From positions 12,586,001-12,650,000 of the forward strand of contig CP075497.1 of assembly GCA_021613535.1 (NCBI GenBank): a DNA stretch of 64,000 nucleotides, in the 5' to 3' direction. The translations under genes and the position numbers were made by a program. The notes below the pieces were generated by a model, which had not been told where the DNA came from, searched no databases, and saw nothing but the letters and a program-made list of their open reading frames with translations. The DNA comes from Adineta vaga. Lineage: Eukaryota; Animalia; Rotifera. This document shows, piece by piece, positions 12,830 through 21,312 of the stretch; the first letter of the stretch is position 1; each line of letters starts with the position of its first letter.

Positions 12830-13560
12830 GTTTCCAGAGGTATTTCAATGCGGAGAATTCGAATCTGATGTTTATTTTTTGAAATTTTTCATAAAAAAAT
12901 ATTTTTTTTAAAGACAAAGGACCATTTTTTTATGAAAAAACTTTTTTTTATAAAAACTGACGAAAGGGTTTTATGGGTTGAGGAACTCGAATCTGATGTC
13001 AGCTCTTTGAAATATTTTATAAAAAGTATTTTTTTAGACAAAGGATCATTTTTTTACGAAAAAAGTTTCTTTTTATAAAATTTGCCCAAAAACATTTTTG
13101 GGTCGAGGAGTTCGAATCTGATGTTAGTTTTTCGAAATTTGTATAAAAAAAACAATTTTTCAGACAAAGGGCCATTTTTTTATCAAAAAATTATTTTTTT
13201 TTATAAAATTTGACAAAAGAGCTTTTTGGGTAGAGGGTTTCAAATCTGCTGTCAGTTTTTTGAAATTTTCCAAAACAAATTTTTTTTTAACAAATGACTG
13301 TTTTTTACAAAAAAATGTTTTTGTCATAAAACTTGACCAAGTGATTTTTGGGGTCGATAAACTCGAATCAGACGTTATTTTTTTGAAATTTTTCGATGGA
13401 TCAACTTTTTTTAGCAAAAGACCACTTTTTTACAAAAAATTTTTTTTTATAAAAATCGATCGAAGGGATTTTTGGGTCCGAGAGGACAATTCTGAGGTTA
13501 GTTTTCTGAAAATTAAAAACAAATTTTTCAAACGAAGGATACCGATTTTCAGAAAAATGG
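12830..13560. repeat. About 6 diverged tandem units of about 125 bp inside the Helentron
   Basis: Anchor tcgaatctgatgt recurs near 12858, 12987, 13112, 13239, 13363 and 13488. Confidence 0.85.
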
Positions 13561-13681
13561 TTATAACCTGTATGATACCGAGTATATTCAAGTGTATAAG
13601 CATGATGAATACAATATTGTGTTCAGTGTCTGGTTATGTAATAATTAGTAATTAACTTTCACAAACGAGTTTTGAAATAAC

Positions 13682-14377
13682 GTCCATCTATCAGATAATA
13701 AGACCGAGCTTCTACCCGGCCTCTTACCCTTCGTACCCAACATGCCTGTACTTCTCACCGATAACATTGCCTGTGAACTAGGACTTTCGAATGGTACTCA
13801 AGGAATTTTTCGAGAGCTCGTATACGATGATCAGGAGGCTTCGAGCGATTTCAAGATAAAAAGCGAAGTCTTTCCCTCAAATACGATCTACATACGAAAG
13901 CTATTATATGCGCTTGTAGAAATTAATACGTCACAAATAGAAACAAATCTTGATGGCCTTCCTCCAAAACTAATTCCTATTCCATTAATCAAAAAGCGAT
14001 TCACTGTTCCTATAAAGCAACTTTTCGGGCATCTACTTGACCGAGTGCAAAGTGGGAGAAAAATTCCACAAGTCATTCAAGTTACAAGAACGCAACTACC
14101 AATTGTACCTGCCTTCGCTATAACTACATACAAGGCGCAAGGACTCACAATGAACAAAATCGTAGTCGATCTTCAAGTTCCGCCTGGGACACTGCAAGTG
14201 GCATCGATATATGTACCACTCAGTAGAGTAAAGAGAGGAGAAGATATAGTCATTCTTCGACCTTTTGATATGAAGGTTTTACAAGTTCGACCCTCTCTTG
14301 CTCAAGACGCTGAATTGAAACGCCTAGATGAACTTGACAAAAAGACAAAACGAGAATGTACGTTTTCCGTTTTTTAA
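13682..14377 (+). pseudogene. C-terminal part of a PIF1-family (Helitron RepHel) helicase
   Basis: LPGLLPFVPNMPVLLTDNIACELGLSNGTQG, RTQLPIVPAFAITTYKAQGLTM, YVPLSRVK; higher GC than flanks; Walker A and Rep parts absent. Confidence 0.9.
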
Positions 14378-14883
14378 ACGTGTATAAATTGATACTTGGT
14401 AAGAGTGTGGGGTTATTTCAAGTATATAAAACGTACTATCATTTTTCAAATACTCTGAAAATAATTATTTGTATATGTTCATTTTTCTTACCTTTCTTTA
14501 CATTTATTTTAATGATTGTAGTAAATGTTTCTTTTCTCTCATCGTATCAGATATTTCCGATCGTGTTTTCTTAGTTTCTTTTTTGATGTAATAGCTCATA
14601 ACGTTCTCAACTGTATTGACATTTATTTAGAATATCTGATTCTCTCTTTAACATTTAGTATAAATATCATTGCTACTTTTGTGAAAATATCTAATCCAAA
14701 CTGAAAATAAACTAATATACACAATAACAGGTTTAAAATGTAATATCTGAAAGCAAGATTTCTACGAGAAAGAGCTGAGCGAGTCACTAGACGAGCGTTA
14801 CTTGTTTTTATTCTATTCATATTAGATTATCCAATCGTATCCTTCCGAAGAATATGAGCGAGTGAATAGGAGAGAAAATGAAA

Positions 14884-14911
14884 AGGTCATGAGGTCATTC
14901 TTGATATAAAA
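14884..14911 (+). promoter_or_regulatory. Perfect DR2 nuclear-receptor-type element (AGGTCAtgAGGTCA) next to a TATA box
   Basis: AGGTCA 14884-14889 and 14892-14897, TATAAAA 14905-14911, ATG 14949. Confidence 0.45.
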
Positions 14912-14948
14912 ACAGACATAACATTCTCTCTTGATATTCAGAAAATAA

Positions 14949-15447
14949 ATGGCTGTTATATCATTCATAGTATGTTAATTAGATTGAAATCTAAATAAGC
15001 AACTCTCTTTTTACATTGGTATTTTCAGGTTGATGCTGAACATTATGGAACAGAGATTCAGCGTATCCGTGATATTGGCAAATCGATGCTTGATAATGCT
15101 GATGCCAATATTAATCCAGAAGCGGCTGTGGATATAATTCAAGTTGCACTTAAATCGTTAAAACATCCGTCTTATGTTCGTCTTTTTTTATTCATTTTGA
15201 TAATTATATTCTGTTTCATTGCATCTAGGATGAAGCTGGGAAACGATTGGTACAAAACCTTGTTAATCCTACTGAACCAAGTAACAAGTCTTTTAACGGA
15301 ATCGAAGATTTGATTGGAAAACTCTCAACAGTAAATTTTTATCACTGATTAAAATCCTTAAACAAGCGTGTTTATTTTTAGAAAATTACTTCGAAAAAAA
15401 TCTTTGATGAAGCCAGAAATGGAAAAAAAAGTCTTGAAAACAAATGA
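14949..15447 (+). CDS. Small 4-exon orphan protein (about 110 aa, helical)
   Basis: Phase-0 GT-AG introns give MAVISFI-VDAEHYGTEIQRIRDIGKSMLDNADANINPEAAVDIIQVALKSLKHPSY-DEAGKRLVQNLVNP...LST-KITSKKIFDEARNGKKSLENK*. Confidence 0.65.
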
Positions 15448-15467
15448 ATTTTTCAATTTAAAAAACA

Positions 15468-16013
15468 AAACCTGCTGGTTTATTTTCTTTTTTGGTGTTC
15501 GATCTGTCTCATTTTCTAACGCAGTTGAGATGTTCCTATGAAAATGGTTTAAATAAAAAAAGAAAGAAATATATTACCATCGATATCAATTATTTCCTTT
15601 ATTTTCTCTCCAAGATACTTTTCTAAATGAAATTGTTATTGACAACAGTTTCTTTGTTTCTTAATTTATCTTCAAAATAACAAGACGGAGGCAATATTAA
15701 TACAAAAAGAAATCATTGAAGCAAATATTTATGTTTGTTTTATACAATTTATTCCATTTTCTCAAAGAATGTGATGTCATTTGATATAGGTCTTAGACGA
15801 ATATATTTTTCAATGTTTTATAGAAGGAATTAAAAAAAATTCTTCATATATTTGCAATTTTGATCTTTATTTCGATTATTTATTTAAATAAAAACAAAGA
15901 AAAATGTTGGAGTAAGATTCTTTTTTTGATTTCTTAAATAAAAATCTTTTTGTAAATGAAATCAATTAAGTTGAATTTTATCGTTCAAGATTATTTTGTT
16001 TCGTCTTAACAAA
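15468..16013. pseudogene. Decayed copy of the divergent CDC50 exon 1 / promoter / C1GALT1 5' region (source about 10000-10930)
   Basis: Shared blocks: aaacctgctggttt, attaccatcgata, agatacttttc-aatgaaattgt-attgacaac, gacggaggc, gaaaaatgttgg-gtaag, ttatcgttcaagattattttgttt. Confidence 0.85.
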
Positions 16014-16015
16014 TA

Positions 16016-16559
16016 TCAATGTGAAGCTAGCACCACGTAACTAGCACCACGAAACTAAGAGTTTTGTGAGAACGAATTCCCGTCGATAAAAATGAGTCTA
16101 TTCGACGCAGAATTTGATTCTGAGTCGAATGGTGATATTTTTATTCACGGGAAAACGATAGAAAAAAGTTTTCTTTGATCTTTATTTGTCTTCTATACGT
16201 GTATATGCGTCATTGTACGGCATTTGGCACGCAATTTCTCTGCACAAAAAGAATTCCCGTCCATGAAAAAGAGTCTATTCGACGCAGAATTTGATTCTGA
16301 GTCGAATGGTGATATTTTTATTCACGGGAAAACGAATGGACAAATTTTATTCGAATTTTTCTTTTATATATGTAAGTATGAGAGGAAAATAAAAATCGAG
16401 GTAAGCTTCGTCCTGATGGTTTTCCCGTGAATGAAAGTAGCGCCATTCAATGCAGAATCAAATTCTGCGTCGAATAGACTCATTTTTATCGACGGGAATT
16501 CGTTTTCACAAAACTCTTAGTTTCGTGGTGCTAGCTTCGTGGTGCTAGCTTCACACTGA
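16016..16559. mobile_element. Long-TIR MITE / foldback element with TA target duplication
   Basis: About 140-bp inverted repeats TCA(A/G)TGTGAAGCTAGCACCACG...; TA at 16014-15 and 16560-61; a third internal copy of the subterminal block at about 16251-16335. Confidence 0.92.
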
Positions 16560-16740
16560 TAATATGATAATATAATTTGTAACACCAATTGATATTAAAA
16601 TAACTAAAATTGTTCTTCCTATGAGAACACTAATAGATTGATATGATGAAAAGATGTGTTTTAACGAATCGCCATGTAAATTGACACAGAAAGATGATAT
16701 TGCGGCAATATTATTGCCGACCTAATCCATAGAAAAGTTG

Positions 16741-16881
16741 AGTAGTGTAGAAATCGTTAATTCAATTCGAGTATTAAGCTTCTTCTTCAACTTCTAAATT
16801 ATGACAGCGTCGGTGTAGATGAGAGTGAGCGTTTAGATAAGTAGCTAGTGTTCAGTCCACACTCACACCCACACCACCCCT
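16741..16881. mobile_element. Partial copy of the TGTAGAAATCG-terminated element with telomere-like core
   Basis: Aligns with 24366-24500 (agtagtgtagaaatcgttaattc...tagctagt...cacacc). Confidence 0.75.
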
Positions 16882-16884
16882 CTT

Positions 16885-17256
16885 TTGTTCGTTCAAGTAA
16901 AACATCAATTTGTCTATCATTAATTGTATTTTCACCTGAACATAAATCTTCCTTTAATAACACGAACAATTGATCAAATAAATCAACAAATTGTACATGT
17001 TGATTATCTTGTTCTTCAGATAAAATCTTCATTGTAAAATCGTATTTCAACCTATCATTTACCCAGGTCGACTCGTACGCCCCGGAACCGACGGGTTCCG
17101 TACAATACCGATAATATATGTAGAAGCAGTATTCCCGCCGGAATACTGATTCCATGTTTTAGCGATTTGCATAGTTTTTCTGCAGGATCCGGAGATCAGA
17201 ACGTCCGTCCTTGGTAGACTTGTTTCATTTAAAGCTAAAGTTTTGAACTTTGACAT
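16885..17256 (-). pseudogene. Unknown gene interrupted by a CCCAGG MITE and truncated by another repeat
   Basis: Removing 17062-17214 plus one TA restores an open frame MSKFKTLALNETSL-NDRLKYDFTMKILSEEQDNQHVQFVDLFDQLFVLLKEDL. Confidence 0.55.
17062..17214. mobile_element. TA-flanked CCCAGG-type MITE
   Basis: TA|CCCAGGTCG...CGTCCTTGG|TA, GC-rich, internal palindromes (cagtattcc-ggaatactg). Confidence 0.75.
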
Positions 17257-17399
17257 TTGCAAATCTTAATGATGATGATCTTCATGGTATAGAAACAAAC
17301 AAACGAGGAAATGAATTTAGAAAAAACAAGTTAATCAGAATAGCGTCTATTGGTCTCTACTATATCTGATACATGTATAGATTTAGATTTAGATTTAGG

Positions 17400-17510
17400 C
17401 AGTTAACAACAGGTATCGGTGACTGTCAGATGTTCTTGATACTATCGTATTTATGGTAACTCTGTGTTGTATTATCAATTTGGAAATAGAAAGGTCATCC
17501 TTTTTTAAAG
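17400..17510. repeat. Dispersed repeat, second copy at about 34960-35068
   Basis: cagttaacaacag...gatactatcgtatt...ggaaatagaaagg present at both sites. Confidence 0.8.
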
Positions 17511-17964
17511 GATTCTTTTACAAGCAACATAGTATAACTAGCAGCTCTCGTTATTGAATATTGATCGATTGTCAAATTATTCTTGTTAATCATCGACAAA
17601 AATTTGAAGAAATTTCAAACTATCTTCGTGATCAAGATTTAACAACATCAGTTATTCTTGTTAATGAAGATTATTGTATTAAACGAAGTCGATACAGCAC
17701 TTTATTGTATGTTATTTGTCAAAGCATCCTCTCTTAAATATTTCTTTCATTTGACTATAATCTTCACATTGAAAAGACACGTGACCATGCTGTTATTTGC
17801 TATGATCAATAAAACAACAAAGGATATGTCATGTTTTATCTTTTAAGTAAAAATAACAACATGTTATTGCGAAAGAATCTAGATTTCGGCATTACTGTCG
17901 TGGTTTATATAAGAAGAGAATATTTCTTTTTAAATTTCATCAAATAAAATATCTAGGTAAAAGT

Positions 17965-19335
17965 ATGACATCATCATCATCGTCTTTTCTTGTTTTTCCT
18001 TCAAGACCAACGGGAAATAACCGTCGTATTGAATTAGCTGGTTTTGATCTTTGGACAAGTGCACATATTGATAATGTATTTGTTTATCCATCAGAAATTA
18101 ATATTGATCAATTGAAAGAAGCACTTAGTCGTACAATATCATTATGGCCATTTATTGTTGGACGTGTTCGAATAGAAAATAATGAAAATTATTTTATTGA
18201 AATGTCTGATAATGGTTTACCAGTTACATTTGTTGAAAATAATGATTTAAATAAATGGAATCTTGATTCAACTGTTGTATTAGAATATAATGATAATATT
18301 CTTGTACCTTTTATTCATCGAATTCAAACGACAAAAGTATTTGATAATTCTGAAGATGAACCACTTGTTCGTTTACAATTAACACATATTGTTCAAAGTA
18401 ATGAATGGATACTTGGTGTTAGTTGGTCACATGTTTTAGGTGATGCTGCTGCTAATTTACATTTTTTAAATACACTTTCATCATTTTATCAACAAATTCA
18501 ACCAGATGAGTCAATATCAATCTTTGAACGACGTTTATGGAATGAAAATGAAGCTGATTCAACATTTTTATCTTTAATGAAACAACAACGTGATGCAAAA
18601 CCTGCAAATGAAATTATAAAAATATTTCTTAATGATCAAATCCTTTATGATCCAATCAATCTTCATTTTACCGGTGAAGAATTAAGAAAACTACGAGAAT
18701 TAGCTGGTGGAAATCATATAACAATTCAAGATGCATTAACAGCTTATATTATTTTAACACTTAATACATATTGTTATTTTAATAATGGTGAACGTCGTAT
18801 TTTACGTACAAATACAGTTGTTAATTATCGTGGAGTTTGTAATGATTTTGCTCCTAAAGGTCATGTTTCAAATGCTGTTATAATGATGTTATCTGATAAT
18901 TTCGATGATCCATATTCTTTATCAAATATTGCTATGACAATACGATGTTCAATTAATACATCTCGTCAACCAGAATATCTTAAAAAATGGATAGCAACAG
19001 CTGATGGATTAATGAGAAAAAATATTAAAAATAATTATTTAGTTGATTTAGGACTTTTTCCAAATGAAATAGGTGTTAATTCAAATCTTAGATATGATTG
19101 GGCTAATTCAGTTGATTTTGGTTATAAAGACAAATGTCGATTTTATACAGCATGGTCAGCTCCTTTATATTTAAGAGTATTTCGATTAAATCCAATATTA
19201 AAAGATGGAATATGGTTACCAAGAGATTGTGATGGTGCTGAAATATCATTTCGAATTGAAAAAGATTTGAAAGATAAATTTCTTAATGCTTGGAAATGTG
19301 ATATCAAAGAAAATTTTGAAAACGTTAAGACATAG
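17965..19335 (+). CDS. BAHD/HXXXD-type acyl-CoA transferase, intronless (HGT candidate)
   Basis: LKEALSRTISLWPFIVGR, PLVRLQLT, catalytic HVLGD, C-terminal VDFGY (DFGWG-like); 456 aa. Confidence 0.9.
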   Translation: MTSSSSSFLVFPSRPTGNNRRIELAGFDLWTSAHIDNVFVYPSEINIDQLKEALSRTISLWPFIVGRVRIENNENYFIEMSDNGLPVTFVENNDLNKWNLDSTVVLEYNDNILVPFIHRIQTTKVFDNSEDEPLVRLQLTHIVQSNEWILGVSWSHVLGDAAANLHFLNTLSSFYQQIQPDESISIFERRLWNENEADSTFLSLMKQQRDAKPANEIIKIFLNDQILYDPINLHFTGEELRKLRELAGGNHITIQDALTAYIILTLNTYCYFNNGERRILRTNTVVNYRGVCNDFAPKGHVSNAVIMMLSDNFDDPYSLSNIAMTIRCSINTSRQPEYLKKWIATADGLMRKNIKNNYLVDLGLFPNEIGVNSNLRYDWANSVDFGYKDKCRFYTAWSAPLYLRVFRLNPILKDGIWLPRDCDGAEISFRIEKDLKDKFLNAWKCDIKENFENVKT

Positions 19336-19387
19336 ATCATTAATAAACTAAATCTACTTATTCACAAAAAAGATCTATAACCTCTGT

Positions 19388-19456
19388 TGAGGATGTGATG
19401 TATCCAATCAAGAGAGTGTAGGTGTCCAGTCTTCATTCACACCCACACCCTCAAGA
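19388..19456. repeat. Short palindromic element with telomere-like arms
   Basis: TTGAGGATGTG...CACACCCACACCCTCAA; relatives at 45266-45325, 42779-42860 and 47960-48010. Confidence 0.65.
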
Positions 19457-19608
19457 ATTTCATTAAAATGAACACTTGAAAATATGTTATTGTCTATTGT
19501 ATAAAAGACATTGAGTGGATTAGAAATCGAGAAAGATTTCGTTTGTTTTTTTTCTTCGAAACGAATATCCTTGAAAAGTAAAAGTCGCGCGTTAGATTTT
19601 GTTAATAA

Positions 19609-20601
19609 ATGTTGTATAAAATCCTTATTTTAAGTTTAATTGATTTGATAATTTGTAAAGAATGGGAGAAAATGATTGATCGAATTGATTTTTTAATAAA
19701 AGAAAGTTATTTAATAATTGAATGTAATGAAAATGAATTTGAAATCATTCGTTTAGTAAATTCATTTGATGAATTAGAATCAAATTTTCAATGTGAAAAT
19801 CGTGACGAAATCTTTGAACATGCAATTGATCAAACTCAACTTGTTAGTTTTAATCAAATAAAAATTATTTGTAATAATAAAAACAAAAAAAAATTCGAAA
19901 TTCAAGGAAAATTTATTCGTGAAAAAGAAACACTTAAGAAAGAAATATTTGATGTTGAATGGCCTTTTATTCATACAAATTATACAAAACAAAATAAAAA
20001 AGAACCATTAAAAATGAAATTTCATGAAAAGACAGATATGGATTTAATTTTATATGAATTTTCATTGAAGACATTTTTTAATAATTCTAAAAATTCTTTG
20101 GAAATTTACCTTCCATTTGTTAATCGTCCAATGAGTTGTAAATATGATTTAACATATGAACTTAAAGATCAAAATCAAACAACATGTGAAAATATTCAAA
20201 TGAATCAAAAGAAAATTCATCCGATTTGTTTTTATCAGGTTTCCAAAGATAAACCTCCATCCTTAGATCAATTAAATCAAATCGAAGAAAAAATGGATAT
20301 TTATATGAATGAAACTACAGATAATTATTTTTATTTAACATCAAACAAAGTTCCTTCAGAGAAAACTAATAAAACTCAAACGAATTCCAAGAAAAAACCA
20401 ATGAAACAATTGAAAAACAAACCATCGAAAGAAATTCTTAAACAAGAGAAGAAAAATGATGTTTTATTCATTATTATTGGTATTATTTGTATTTGTTTGA
20501 TTTTATTTGGAATTGGAACTTTCTTTTATTGCAATAAATCTTCTCAAAAAAGATCAACTCACAGAAGAAATAGTTATTCATCTTATGAAAGTCAATATTA
20601 A
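19609..20601 (+). CDS. Intronless single-pass type I membrane protein, no recognisable family
   Basis: Signal-like N-terminus, Cys-containing ectodomain, Lys-rich stalk, TM VLFIIIGIICICLILFGIGTFFY, short tail RRNSYSSYESQY. Confidence 0.75.
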   Translation: MLYKILILSLIDLIICKEWEKMIDRIDFLIKESYLIIECNENEFEIIRLVNSFDELESNFQCENRDEIFEHAIDQTQLVSFNQIKIICNNKNKKKFEIQGKFIREKETLKKEIFDVEWPFIHTNYTKQNKKEPLKMKFHEKTDMDLILYEFSLKTFFNNSKNSLEIYLPFVNRPMSCKYDLTYELKDQNQTTCENIQMNQKKIHPICFYQVSKDKPPSLDQLNQIEEKMDIYMNETTDNYFYLTSNKVPSEKTNKTQTNSKKKPMKQLKNKPSKEILKQEKKNDVLFIIIGIICICLILFGIGTFFYCNKSSQKRSTHRRNSYSSYESQY

Positions 20602-21312
20602 TTATTTTATTCAAAATAAATAAAAAGATTCTTTTATTTATTTTAAATCGAGTAATTTCGAAAGCTTCCTCCTGTGATGAAGTATAATGATGTATTATAT
20701 CATCTGTGCACTTATAATCGTGTTACAATCTCATACGGAAGTGGGCAAGCGTGTGGGGCGTAACACTCTCGTTAACTGGGTTTTTTTTTGAAAACAGAGA
20801 AAAAGTGCTACGACCTTGTTTTTATAGCAAGTTTTTCTCTTTAAACTTATGCACTCCCGCAGACTGCATAGGTAAAGTATAATTATGCCTTAACAATTAC
20901 ATCTCCCACTAGAGAATAAGGAGGGTAGGTTGAAAAGTTTTTTGTATTGATCGAACTTTTTTCTTGAAATGAATTGTATTTGAAGGATAATCAAACAAAT
21001 TTGAATTCTTTTGAAAAGAAAGTATGTCTAAGGGAGAGTTTTATAACCTTGAAATGAGTTCATATTCTAATTGAAGAAATTTATTGAAAGTAAATCGGAT
21101 TAGTTGAAAAAATAGATTTCTTTTTTGAAGGTAATTGTCATGTATTTGAAAAATGATTCATTAAATATTAACGATAGATTAACAGGAAAAAAAGGAAAAA
21201 GAAGAACGAAAAAAAAAGTCATGAAGAAATAGAAGAAAAAAAACGATTCTTTGAGTAAAAAGCTTTTCATATGTCACCACGATTTTTGATTTGTTAGATC
21301 AATTCTTATTCA

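Larger units (their letters stand above)
12719..14808 (+). mobile_element. Internally deleted Helentron (DINE-1/HINE-like rolling-circle element)
   Basis: 5' hairpin ctctttCTCGTAGAGaagag followed by a (gttt/gctt) microsatellite; inverted subterminal copy tctacgagaaagag at 14761-14774; 3' end TACTTGTTTTT; internal tandem repeats and a PIF1 helicase fragment. Confidence 0.8.

Noticed and set aside
13160-13655. K/F-rich ORFs on both strands
   Set aside because: Chance ORFs across the Helentron tandem repeats.
16224-16430. 68-aa ORF MARNFSAQ...
   Set aside because: Lies wholly inside a non-coding MITE.
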